Positions 1 through 8,426 of a stretch of DNA of 64,000 nt are shown one piece after another. Below the pieces are notes generated by a model. The model made no database searches and was not told where the DNA came from. It saw only the letters and a program-made list of their open reading frames with translations. Position numbers and translations under genes: made by a program. The DNA comes from an uncultured Flavobacterium sp. (GTDB lineage Bacteria; Bacteroidota; Bacteroidia; Flavobacteriales; Flavobacteriaceae), in assembly GCF_946220915.1 (NCBI RefSeq), contig NZ_CAMIHH010000001.1, forward strand, positions 3,922 to 67,921, given 5' to 3'. Positions within the stretch are counted from its first letter, which is position 1, and each line of letters opens with the position of its first letter.

Positions 1-459
1 GAGTACGAAAGGCTGGGCGACGGGGCTGAGGCATTTGCGGCAATGACTTATGTAATGCCTGGTATGCCGCTCATTTACACAGGCCAGGAATATGACTTGA
101 AAAAGCGCCTGAAGTTTTTTGAGCAGGATCCTATCGAAAAAAATAAAGGGAAAATGTTTGCCATCTACGAAAAACTGGGCAAGCTTAAAAATGAAAACCC
201 TGCGCTTAATGGCGGCAAGAACCCTGCATCGTTCAAAATGCTGGAAACCTATGACAAGGAGCCACTGATCGCATTCGAGCGTGAAAGGGATGGCAAAAAA
301 GTGATTTATGTGGCTAACTTGAAGGGAGCGCCAATCACGTTCAACATACCGGTTGAAGGAGGCGAATACACCAACTACATGACAGGTGAAAAAGTGACAT
401 TTACGGCAAACCAGAAAATTGAGGCTGAAGGCTGGCAGTACTGGGTATTGACGAACTAA
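1..459 (+). CDS. alpha-amylase (GH13) C-terminal fragment; 5' end lies outside the window
   Basis: The frame is open from base 1. The translation EYERLGDGAEAFAAMTYVMPGMPLIYTGQEYD... matches the conserved GH13 region after the catalytic domain and the C-terminal beta domain. Stop at 459. Confidence 0.6.
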   Translation, partial: EYERLGDGAEAFAAMTYVMPGMPLIYTGQEYDLKKRLKFFEQDPIEKNKGKMFAIYEKLGKLKNENPALNGGKNPASFKMLETYDKEPLIAFERERDGKKVIYVANLKGAPITFNIPVEGGEYTNYMTGEKVTFTANQKIEAEGWQYWVLTN

Positions 460-552
460 GATAATTCAGGCTTCGTTCAGGACATTCCTGCCCGGGGCCT
501 TTTTTATATACTATTAACTATAACGTTTTCTTTAATTTTTTAAAACCTTTCT

Positions 553-1728
553 ATGATGAAAAAATTACTTTTGTTTTCGGCAGCTTTCCTTATGGGGACT
601 GCCTCAATGTTTGCCCAGTTCCCGAATATCGGCATATTGGGCGGCTCAACTTCGACCGACTGGGATTCCGACACCGACATGGTTACGACCGATGGCATTG
701 TGTACAAGCTCAACAACTTTGTCCTCGAAAACCCTACAGGTGCCCAGCCGGATCCCGGTATAAAATTCAGGCAGGATGACCAATGGGCCGTTAACTGGGG
801 CGGCAGCGGATTCCCGTCCGGAACGGCGGTATCCAACAGCTCCCAGAACATCCAGGTGGAAAACGGGACCTACAACATTACTTTTGACCTTAGCACGCTG
901 AATTATTCTTTTGTAGAAGTTGGCGATGATATGGTAAACCTTACGGGATCCGGGGGTACTTTCCAGCTGCTGTCTACAAATGGCATCGACTATACTGCCG
1001 ATAACATAATTTTTGCAAATCCTGCCACAATGACTTTTAGCATCAATGATGCGGCAGTGGGCTGGGGCAGTGCATCGTTCCCGAGCGGTACGGCAACCGA
1101 GGGAGGCGCTGCAATACCGGTAGCGGCTAATAGCTATAATATCGATTTTAATAAGGAAACAGGTGCATACAGCTTTGATTTTGTTACCATCAGCCTCATA
1201 GGCACCGGTGTCTTTGCTGATGATGTCAACTGGACCGTTGACCTTGACATGGATACTACTGACGGGGTGCATTATACGATAAGCAGCTTTACTTTTCCCG
1301 GTGGACAGGCAAAATTCAGGCTTAACCACGGATGGAATGTCGCCTGGGGTAGCGCCGATTTCCCAAGCGGTACAGGTTCTACGGCTGCAGATGCACCGAA
1401 TATGAACATTACGGCAGGTACGTATGCAGTAAGTTTCGACAGGTCTAACGGCACGTATTCATTCAATACGACAGCAGGCACCGCTGATTTCAATTCAAAA
1501 TCTATTGCCGTTTATCCAAACCCTTCGCAGGGCATATGGAATTTTAATGCGGGCAGCAGGGCTATCTCTTCGATCCGGATCACAGATGTTTCGGGCAAGG
1601 TAGTATATGATGCTACGGTAAATGCTGCTCAAACCGCTGTAAATGCTTCAGGGTTTGCTTCGGGCATGTATTTCGCAACGCTTACGTCGGGCAGCGCCAC
1701 ACAAACCGTAAGAGTGGTTAAGAACTAA
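553..1728 (+). CDS. secreted protein with three ~95-aa internal repeats (WGGSGFPSGT motif) and a T9SS type-A C-terminal sorting domain; SusE/SusF-like starch-binding candidate
   Basis: N-terminal signal peptide MMKKLLLFSAAFLMGTASMFAQ. Three tandem repeats each ending in WG(G/S)(S/A)xFPSGT. The C-terminus ...IAVYPNPSQGIWNF...GMYFATL...VRVVKN is typical of Por/T9SS CTDs. The gene sits next to an amylase gene. Confidence 0.75.
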   Translation: MMKKLLLFSAAFLMGTASMFAQFPNIGILGGSTSTDWDSDTDMVTTDGIVYKLNNFVLENPTGAQPDPGIKFRQDDQWAVNWGGSGFPSGTAVSNSSQNIQVENGTYNITFDLSTLNYSFVEVGDDMVNLTGSGGTFQLLSTNGIDYTADNIIFANPATMTFSINDAAVGWGSASFPSGTATEGGAAIPVAANSYNIDFNKETGAYSFDFVTISLIGTGVFADDVNWTVDLDMDTTDGVHYTISSFTFPGGQAKFRLNHGWNVAWGSADFPSGTGSTAADAPNMNITAGTYAVSFDRSNGTYSFNTTAGTADFNSKSIAVYPNPSQGIWNFNAGSRAISSIRITDVSGKVVYDATVNAAQTAVNASGFASGMYFATLTSGSATQTVRVVKN

Positions 1729-1751
1729 TTTTTCAGTGTTGTTTAGATAGG

Positions 1752-1780
1752 AACCCGGAGTTTTTTGCTCCGGGTTTTTT
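1752..1780. terminator. bidirectional rho-independent terminator between convergent genes
   Basis: Stem aacccggag / loop ttttttg / stem ctccgggtt, followed by a T-run. It overlaps the stop codon of the minus-strand response regulator. Confidence 0.6.
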
Positions 1781-2492
1781 ATTGCTCCCTGCCCAGGTAC
1801 TGCCGGAAAAAATCGTTTTTAAAAGTCTCACCCAGCGGTATTTCGTTCTCACCAATGTATAAGTTATAGCTATCGAAAGACTCTACATTGCCAAGGTTTA
1901 CAATATAGGATTTGCTAACCCGCATAAAGTGGCGTTCATCCAGTTTTTGCAGTATGGTTTTGAGGTTCATGGCAGTTATGAGCTTTTGCTTACCGGTATG
2001 GATCACCACATAATCCTTAAGCCCTTCGATGAAAAGGATGTCGGCAAAGGCTACTTTATAATAACGGCGGTCGGCTTTTACCAGAAGGAAATCGGAGCCG
2101 GAGTCTTCAACTACCGACTTTTCCGTTTTCTCCGAAAGCAGCGCCTTGTAGCGAAACGCTTTGCCAACCGCTTTTTCAAGCCTTGCCTTGTCCAATGGCT
2201 TTAACAGGTAATCTATGGCATCCAGTTCATAGCTTTGCAGTGCAAATTGCGAATAGGCTGTAATGAAAATGACCAGCGTGCTTTCGGGAAGTTTTGCTGC
2301 AAACTCCAGCCCGGTAACCCTGGGCATCTCAATGTCCAGGAAAATCAGGTCGGGTGTTTGCTCCTCAAGAAATTTGAGTGCGGCAGGCGCGTTGCCAAAT
2401 TTTGCCAGCACCTGCACATTGGCTATCCCTGCCAGCAGTGTTTCCAGGCCTTCACGGGCAAGGGGCTCATCATCAACTATAATGCATTTCAT
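1779..2492 (-). CDS. LytTR-family two-component response regulator
   Basis: N-terminal receiver domain (MKCIIVDDEPLAREGL...DLIFLDIEMP) and C-terminal LytTR DNA-binding domain (...HFMRVSKSYIVNLGNVESF...). It overlaps the upstream kinase gene by 20 nt. Confidence 0.9.
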   Translation of the reverse strand: MKCIIVDDEPLAREGLETLLAGIANVQVLAKFGNAPAALKFLEEQTPDLIFLDIEMPRVTGLEFAAKLPESTLVIFITAYSQFALQSYELDAIDYLLKPLDKARLEKAVGKAFRYKALLSEKTEKSVVEDSGSDFLLVKADRRYYKVAFADILFIEGLKDYVVIHTGKQKLITAMNLKTILQKLDERHFMRVSKSYIVNLGNVESFDSYNLYIGENEIPLGETFKNDFFRQYLGREQ

Positions 2493-3603
2493 AAGGGAAT
2501 GTCAGTTTTATATTGTAAAGTGCTGCTTCACTACTGCACACCAGGGTATAGCTGTCGCCATACAGCAGTTGCAGCCTCCGTTTTATGTTTGCCAGGCCGA
2601 GTCCTCCGTTCGCTGTGCCGTTAGGGATTTCTTCGGGGTCTTTTGAATTGGTGCAGTCAAAATGCAGCAGGCCGCCTTGTGCGGTTATGGCAATGGCAAT
2701 GTAGGCTTCCGTACCCGAAATGTCTACACTATGCTTTATGGCATTTTCTACAAAGGTGGTAAAAAGGTTGGGCGGAATGCGTACGGTTGCGGTATTGGTG
2801 CCTGGGGTAGCGCAGTTTATCGAAAAGGTAAAATTATCACGGCGCACTTTTTCCAGGTTAAGGAAATTGGACAGGAATGTGCACTCTTCCATGAGCGAGG
2901 TGGTTTCCGAATCGTTTTCATACAGCTGGTAACGCAGGAATTCAGACAGCTTCACGATAACTTCGGAAGCCTTGGAGGGGCTTGCGTGGACGAGCGTATT
3001 TACATTGTTGAGCATATTGAAAAGGAAGTGCGGGTTGATCTGGTTTTTCAGCGCCATCAGTTCCATATTAATGGTAATGTTATTGAGCTCATCGATCCGC
3101 TCAAGGTCCCTTATCCATTTTTGCATCAGCCTTGCCGCTGTTGTAGCCAGCACTATGGGCGTGGTAAAAATGGTTGCGGCAATAATTTCTACCACGGTAT
3201 TTACCTGCCTCCGTTCGGCATTAAGGCGGTGCGGGTCGAAAAAAGTAATTGAAATGTAGCGCATTACCAGCAGCCCGGCCATGATGAGCAGTATCATCAG
3301 CCAGAAATACTGTACATACTTCCCTTTAAAAAACAGCGGCATCAATGCATATATGTTGAGGTATAGTATGAACGTAAAAATGACAAACGGGAGCGCAGCA
3401 TGGTAAGTGCCATAATTGCCGCTGTAGTTATCATACTGGCCAATGTCGAAAAGCATGCGTGCAGAAAGGTAAAGCATTACAAAACTTGCCAGCATAGCAA
3501 CCTGCCGCAGGATATGGTGGCGGTCTTCGGTAAGGAACCGGATGATCCTACTGTTTTTTTCGCTTATTCGGCCTTTCATGATGCGATCATTTTGTTGCTG
3601 CAA
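2473..3603 (-). CDS. membrane sensor histidine kinase, LytS/YehU (His_kinase PF06580-like) family
   Basis: Multiple N-terminal TM helices. It carries the conserved NQINPHFLFNMLNNV box and an HATPase-like C-terminus (GGLGLANIKRRLQLLYG). It is co-oriented with the LytTR regulator and overlaps it. The start could instead be the internal Met at 3579. Confidence 0.8.
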   Translation of the reverse strand: MQQQNDRIMKGRISEKNSRIIRFLTEDRHHILRQVAMLASFVMLYLSARMLFDIGQYDNYSGNYGTYHAALPFVIFTFILYLNIYALMPLFFKGKYVQYFWLMILLIMAGLLVMRYISITFFDPHRLNAERRQVNTVVEIIAATIFTTPIVLATTAARLMQKWIRDLERIDELNNITINMELMALKNQINPHFLFNMLNNVNTLVHASPSKASEVIVKLSEFLRYQLYENDSETTSLMEECTFLSNFLNLEKVRRDNFTFSINCATPGTNTATVRIPPNLFTTFVENAIKHSVDISGTEAYIAIAITAQGGLLHFDCTNSKDPEEIPNGTANGGLGLANIKRRLQLLYGDSYTLVCSSEAALYNIKLTFPYEMHYS

Positions 3604-3639
3604 AGGTAATCGTGTTTACCGCCGTTTTCCTGTAATTTG

Positions 3640-3703
3640 TACCAAACCCGTATTTTTTTATACTAAACCCGATCCTTTGGTATAAAAAAATGGGGGTTTG
3701 GTA
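3640..3703. promoter_or_regulatory. array of four 10-bp repeats, TAC[CT]AAA(CC/GG)N, as two direct-repeat pairs with exact 12-bp spacers in head-to-head orientation; candidate LytTR binding sites
   Basis: Plus-strand copies: taccaaaccc (3640-3649) and tactaaaccc (3661-3670), separated by a 12-nt spacer. Minus-strand copies: taccaaagga (rc of 3673-3682) and taccaaaccc (rc of 3694-3703), also separated by a 12-nt spacer. The array lies in the 154-bp divergent region between the kinase/regulator operon and ORF 3758. Confidence 0.5.
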
Positions 3704-3757
3704 TAAATAATGGCATGTCGTTGGGTTTTAAGTGTTCCTTTGCCCAAAAATAAGATT

Positions 3758-4174
3758 ATGGCACTTGGAGAATTGATAAGTCTTGCAAATGAGATCGAGG
3801 CAATGCCGCTTAGCGATAAGGACAAGGAACGCCTTATGGTACAGGCTGCCGACCTGGTACGCTTTAAGGAGGCCTTCCCGGAACCTGTAGAAATTGTACA
3901 GCCTTTTGAGAACCGGGGTGTTGTGCTGTCGGGTTTGGGCTACACGGTTTCGGTGCTGTTTTGCGAACACCATTGCAGGAAAGATGAAAGCCTGGAAATG
4001 CCGGGCCCGGCAGCGCTTCCCGATGGGCAGCAGCTTTGGCTGGTGTTCATTACCTTTAGCGGTAAGGAATGCTGCGGTAAGATTGCGCGGCAGGCTGCGT
4101 CCCACCCTTTGAGGGCGCGCTGCGACCGGGCTTATGTGCTGGATTATTCAACGGGCTCCCTTAACGTTATTTAG
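3758..4174 (+). CDS. hypothetical protein, Cys/His-rich in its C-terminal half (CEHHC, ECCGK)
   Basis: The ORF is 3710..4174, but the Met at 3758 is the likelier start because 3710 abuts the repeat array. The N-terminal half looks protein-like, while the C-terminal half is GC-rich and low-complexity. I recognise no homolog. Possibly frameshifted. Confidence 0.35.
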   Translation: MALGELISLANEIEAMPLSDKDKERLMVQAADLVRFKEAFPEPVEIVQPFENRGVVLSGLGYTVSVLFCEHHCRKDESLEMPGPAALPDGQQLWLVFITFSGKECCGKIARQAASHPLRARCDRAYVLDYSTGSLNVI

Positions 4175-4184
4175 CTACCGGGAT

Positions 4185-5135
4185 ATGATGCAAACACGAT
4201 ACTTTACGCTCCTAGCCTTTTTTAGCCTGTGCGGCTACTCGCAGGTAAAGGATAGCCTTCCTCAAAAGGCGGTAGCCTATGCGGCCGATAAATTCCCGTT
4301 TACCCGCCTGCTCAATGCCGAATCCCGGTATGATGCACCCTATGATATATCGCCTGCGCTCAAAAGCGGCAGCCTGCCGGGAGGCAGGGTGGCACAGCTG
4401 TACCAGTCGCGCATAAGCGCTAATGTGAACTTCATCAAATCAAAGCAATGGATACTGAGTACCGGCCTGCTGTACAATTTCATACATAGCGAAACAGAAG
4501 GCGGCGGGATAGGGCAGGAAACGCAAGCCCATGACATGCATTTTTTTGCCACCGGGCTCAACCTTACCCATTTTACAAGGATGTTTGGCAGGATGGCCGT
4601 GCTTACGGCAGGTATAATACCAACCGGGGGCAGTGATGGTTTTGAGCGTGTTACCGGAATGTTTTCGGCCAACCTGGTGCTCAAAGCCGATGGTAAAACC
4701 AAAATGACCGTGGGGCTGCTGGGCATAGCAGATCCCGGGTCTGTAGTTCCGGTAGTGCCCACATTTGCCTACGAGCGCAGGCTGGAAAGCGGCTGGATCG
4801 TAGACATCATGCTGCCAAGAAGCGTTTTCATGAAAAAAGATGTGTTTAAAGAAGGCCGGGTTTCGCTGGGCACACAGCTCGATGCTACTAATTTTTACCT
4901 GAAAGGCTTTAACGGCAGCCGTAATACTTTCATGTTTAGTCAAATGGAGCTGCTGTCAGGGGTTACCTATGAGCACTGCTTTCTTAAAGGCTTTATCGCC
5001 ACGCTGAAAACGGGGTATAAATACATACCCTCTTCACGTATTGCCCACATCAACAACCGCTTTAATGATTATGTATACAAAGCCGATGGTTCCGGCACAT
5101 TTTATGCCAACATCGGCATATCCTACAATCCATAG
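4185..5135 (+). CDS. hypothetical secreted / outer-membrane protein
   Basis: Signal peptide MMQTRYFTLLAFFSLCGYSQ. Glycine- and aromatic-rich with alternating hydrophobicity suggesting a beta-barrel, and a C-terminal aromatic residue. The ORF begins at 4134, but the first plausible Met is at 4185. Confidence 0.55.
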   Translation: MMQTRYFTLLAFFSLCGYSQVKDSLPQKAVAYAADKFPFTRLLNAESRYDAPYDISPALKSGSLPGGRVAQLYQSRISANVNFIKSKQWILSTGLLYNFIHSETEGGGIGQETQAHDMHFFATGLNLTHFTRMFGRMAVLTAGIIPTGGSDGFERVTGMFSANLVLKADGKTKMTVGLLGIADPGSVVPVVPTFAYERRLESGWIVDIMLPRSVFMKKDVFKEGRVSLGTQLDATNFYLKGFNGSRNTFMFSQMELLSGVTYEHCFLKGFIATLKTGYKYIPSSRIAHINNRFNDYVYKADGSGTFYANIGISYNP

Positions 5136-5180
5136 TTTTGACCGTGGTTTTGGGTTATCTTTGCGGGAAACAAAAACGAT

Positions 5181-5864
5181 ATGCCGATTTTGAAAATAGG
5201 CCACCGTGGCGCAAAGGGACATATGGCCGAAAATACACTTGCATCCTTCCGGAAGGCGCTCGAAATGGGTGTGGACGGGATTGAGCTCGATGTTCATGTA
5301 TGTGCTACAGGCGAACTTGTGGTAATACACGATTTTACAGTAGACCGCACCACAAACGGCAGTGGCGAGGTACATAAAATGACCTTGGCAGAGTTGAAAA
5401 ATTTGGCAGTGGAAGGTAGTCACGACATACCTACGCTAAGCGAGGTAATGAAGCTGTGCAAAACCAAGTGCGTAGTAAATATAGAAATGAAGGGCAGGCA
5501 TACCGCATTGCCGCTGGCTGTTTTTATTGAAAGGCTGGTGGGCAAAGGCGGTTGGCATTATGAAGACCTGATCGTGTCCAGTTTCCAGCGGGAAGAGCTT
5601 GAGGCGATGAGCAAAGCTAATCCGGAGGTGCATTTAGGCATACTTACGCAGGCCAGCATGAAAGAGGCGTGGGATTGGGCGGAAGCATTTAAAGCGAAAG
5701 CCATCCATCCGCATTTTTCGTTGCTGACGGAAAGTAATGTCCGGAAAGTACAAGACGCAGGTTATAAGGTCTACACCTGGACCGTTAATGAAACCACGGA
5801 TATTGCCCGGATGAAAGAATATGGCGTAGATGGCATAATGTCCGATTATCCCGAACGCTTATGA
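5181..5864 (+). CDS. glycerophosphodiester phosphodiesterase (GDPD family)
   Basis: N-terminal HRG...ENT motif (IGHRGAKGHMAENTLASF) and the GIELDVHV motif typical of GDPD. Confidence 0.85.
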   Translation: MPILKIGHRGAKGHMAENTLASFRKALEMGVDGIELDVHVCATGELVVIHDFTVDRTTNGSGEVHKMTLAELKNLAVEGSHDIPTLSEVMKLCKTKCVVNIEMKGRHTALPLAVFIERLVGKGGWHYEDLIVSSFQREELEAMSKANPEVHLGILTQASMKEAWDWAEAFKAKAIHPHFSLLTESNVRKVQDAGYKVYTWTVNETTDIARMKEYGVDGIMSDYPERL

Positions 5865-7078
5865 AAAATTACGATGTGATAATAGCCGGTGGGGGAGCGG
5901 CAGGATTTTTTACCGCCATCAATATAGCTGAGACCAATCCAAAACTTAAGGTCGCCATATTGGAACGAGGCAAGGAAGTATTGTCTAAAGTACGCATATC
6001 GGGTGGCGGCAGGTGCAATGTAACACACGCCTGCTTTGTGCCGGATGAGTTGGTAAAATTCTATCCAAGGGGCGAAAAGGAACTTCGCGGCCCCTTCAAC
6101 AGGTTCTGCTCCGGCGATACGATCGGGTGGTTCGAAAGGCATGGCGTGGCGTTGAAAATCGAGGAAGACGGGCGGATGTTCCCGGTAACGGACAGCTCGC
6201 AAACCATCATCGACTGTTTCATGGATGCGGTAAAAAAGCTGGGCATCCCCGTGCTGACAGGTGAGAGCATACAATCATTATACAAAACCGAAACCCATTG
6301 GAAGATAGAAACCAATAAAAACGTTTTTATAGCAGGGCACCTGGTCATGGCCACAGGGAGCAATCCTAAAATGTGGGACATGCTGTCAGAACTTGGGCAT
6401 ACCATTATCCCACCGGTGCCGTCGCTCTTTACCTTCAACATAAAAGACCTCCGCATTAAGGACCTGATGGGTGTTTCGGCGCTGGCATCGGTTAAGGTTA
6501 AAAATTCAAAGCTGGAAGCTGCCGGGCCATTATTGATAACACACTGGGGCATGAGCGGACCCGGCATACTGCGGCTTTCGGCGTGGGGAGCGCGGGAACT
6601 GGCAGCAAAAAATTATCAATTTGTATTGCAGGTCAACTGGCTCAACGACATGGACAGGGATGAATGCCTTGAGGTCCTGAAAGGGCTAAAACAAGAACAG
6701 GCAAAGAAAACGGTAGCCAAACAATCGCCATTCAATTTTCCGAACCGCTTGTGGCAAAGCCTTGTTGCGGCATCGGGAATCAATACGGAAATACGCTGGG
6801 CCGACCTCTCAAAAAACCATCTGGAAGCATTGGCTGCACAACTGGTAAATGGTGAGTTCAATGTAAATGGCAAGAGTACCTTTAAGGAAGAATTTGTTAC
6901 GGCGGGTGGCATCAGCCTGAAGGAGGTCAATTTTAAAACCATGGAAAGCAAGCTGCTTGAAAACCTCTATTTTGCGGGCGAAATTATAGATATCGATGCC
7001 ATAACGGGCGGTTTCAATTTCCAGAATGCCTGGACGGGCGGTTTCATAGCTGCAGAAAGTGTTGTGGGGAAATACTAA
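5861..7078 (+). CDS. NAD(P)/FAD-dependent oxidoreductase, HI0933/YhiN-like flavoprotein
   Basis: Rossmann motif DVIIAGGGAAGFFTA at the N-terminus. About 400 aa. The 4-nt overlap with the upstream gene is consistent with an operon. Confidence 0.8.
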   Translation: MKNYDVIIAGGGAAGFFTAINIAETNPKLKVAILERGKEVLSKVRISGGGRCNVTHACFVPDELVKFYPRGEKELRGPFNRFCSGDTIGWFERHGVALKIEEDGRMFPVTDSSQTIIDCFMDAVKKLGIPVLTGESIQSLYKTETHWKIETNKNVFIAGHLVMATGSNPKMWDMLSELGHTIIPPVPSLFTFNIKDLRIKDLMGVSALASVKVKNSKLEAAGPLLITHWGMSGPGILRLSAWGARELAAKNYQFVLQVNWLNDMDRDECLEVLKGLKQEQAKKTVAKQSPFNFPNRLWQSLVAASGINTEIRWADLSKNHLEALAAQLVNGEFNVNGKSTFKEEFVTAGGISLKEVNFKTMESKLLENLYFAGEIIDIDAITGGFNFQNAWTGGFIAAESVVGKY

Positions 7079-7701
7079 AGCTACGGTTGTTTTGTTAGCT
7101 TTGTATTTAAGAGTACGTTAGAAATTAAAAATGAATTGCACAGCCTGATAGACCGTATAAGGGATAAAGAAATACTTGAAAAAATTCTTTCATCTTATGG
7201 AATCGGCTAACGAACCTACAATTACCTGGGAGAGCCTGCCCGAAAGTGAACGCGCCGAAATATTATTGTCTGATGAAGAAACTAATTCCGATGATAATCT
7301 CATTTCGCATGAAGAAATGACGACAAAATATTCTAAGTGGCTTTAAAAATCAGATGGTCACGCCGTGCGTCCTTCACTTTCCTCAAGACTGTCGACTATC
7401 TTGAAAAAGAGTAAGGGATGAAAAGCGCCAGCGAATTTGGTAAGCGGACCATTTTACCATTGAAACACTCTCCAACTTTCCTTAGCTTGGAAAATTTGTA
7501 CTGGAAGAAAGGAGCATCCGTGGTTTTGTAATAGTTAAACAAATTACAATTTTTTATAAAGTACAGGACAATACAATCATATTGCTACATTTTTCAATAC
7601 ACTTCAAAATCCTAAGAAAAGCGTATAATTGTAAGAAAATTTAAAAATTTAACGCAACCGTTTTCGATTCGCAGCATCTAATGTCTAAAATAATACACAT
7701 T

Positions 7702-8301
7702 ATGAAAAAGAAATTTTTATTTTTAGGATTAGGGCTTGCTGCGCTATTCACAGGTTGTGCTGATGACGATGCTTTACCGGCGAACGATGCAAACCCGGTT
7801 AACGGCAATAAGGTTTTGATGCTTAAAGTAGACCTGCTTACCAATACCTTTGAAGGTGGCAGGCAACTTAGCTTTGAAGAAGCGGAAAGTTTTACCATTA
7901 CGCCCGAATATGTTTCGCCGGGCGATTTTGGCAGCATAAAGTTAAAGTATGAGGAAACGGGTGAAACGATCTTTGACGGAACGATCGTTTGGAACGGCCT
8001 GGGCCAGATGAGCTATCCTGAAACGCTGGATGTGCCCAATTCATTTGCGGTTATGAACAATGAAACTGCGATGCCGGATCCGGAAGACTTTGTGCATGTA
8101 GAGTATGGCGAGGGAGAGATTGGCTTTCCATTCCTGACCATCGACCACCAGGGAATTTGGGATGCGGTGGACAACCTGCAATTGGTAGAAGACTACAGGG
8201 CCAGCAATCCGGGCGCTAAAGTAAATATCTTTCTTTATGCTCCAAGCGTAGGCATTGGCGATCCTGCCCAGTGGGATTGGTTTGTGATCCTGAAGAACTA
8301 A
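7702..8301 (+). CDS. hypothetical lipoprotein
   Basis: Lipobox LAALFTGCADDD after a signal peptide (MKKKFLFLGLG). The ORF is open from 7681, but the Met at 7702 is preferred. Confidence 0.65.
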   Translation: MKKKFLFLGLGLAALFTGCADDDALPANDANPVNGNKVLMLKVDLLTNTFEGGRQLSFEEAESFTITPEYVSPGDFGSIKLKYEETGETIFDGTIVWNGLGQMSYPETLDVPNSFAVMNNETAMPDPEDFVHVEYGEGEIGFPFLTIDHQGIWDAVDNLQLVEDYRASNPGAKVNIFLYAPSVGIGDPAQWDWFVILKN

Positions 8302-8325
8302 ATTACATCAAAAAGCGAATTGACA

Positions 8326-8349
8326 GCCTCCTGCATAAGGGGGCTTTTT
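8326..8349 (+). terminator. rho-independent terminator
   Basis: gcctcc / tgcataa / gggggc hairpin followed by ttttt. Confidence 0.4.
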
Positions 8350-8408
8350 CATTTTATCGTTTATTTGATAATTTGAATAATGTGCTGATTTGATTATTGA
8401 CTAATTTT

Positions 8409-8423
8409 GTGTAAAACTTACAC
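8409..8423. promoter_or_regulatory. perfect palindrome GTGTAAAACTTACAC immediately upstream of the Nudix-regulator gene; candidate NrtR operator
   Basis: A 6-3-6 palindrome located 4 bp before the start codon at 8427. Confidence 0.3.
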
Positions 8424-8426
8424 TAT

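Noticed and set aside
646-1329. 227-aa antisense ORF inside the T9SS repeat-protein gene
   Set aside because: It lies entirely antisense to a well-supported CDS with a signal peptide and a T9SS CTD. It shows no domain signature and has arbitrary composition, so it is a typical shadow ORF.
3710-3757. Upstream ATG (3710) for the hypothetical ORF
   Set aside because: It would leave no spacer after the last 10-bp repeat (which ends at 3703). The peptide MACRWVLSVPLPKNKI looks non-native, so the Met at 3758 is preferred.
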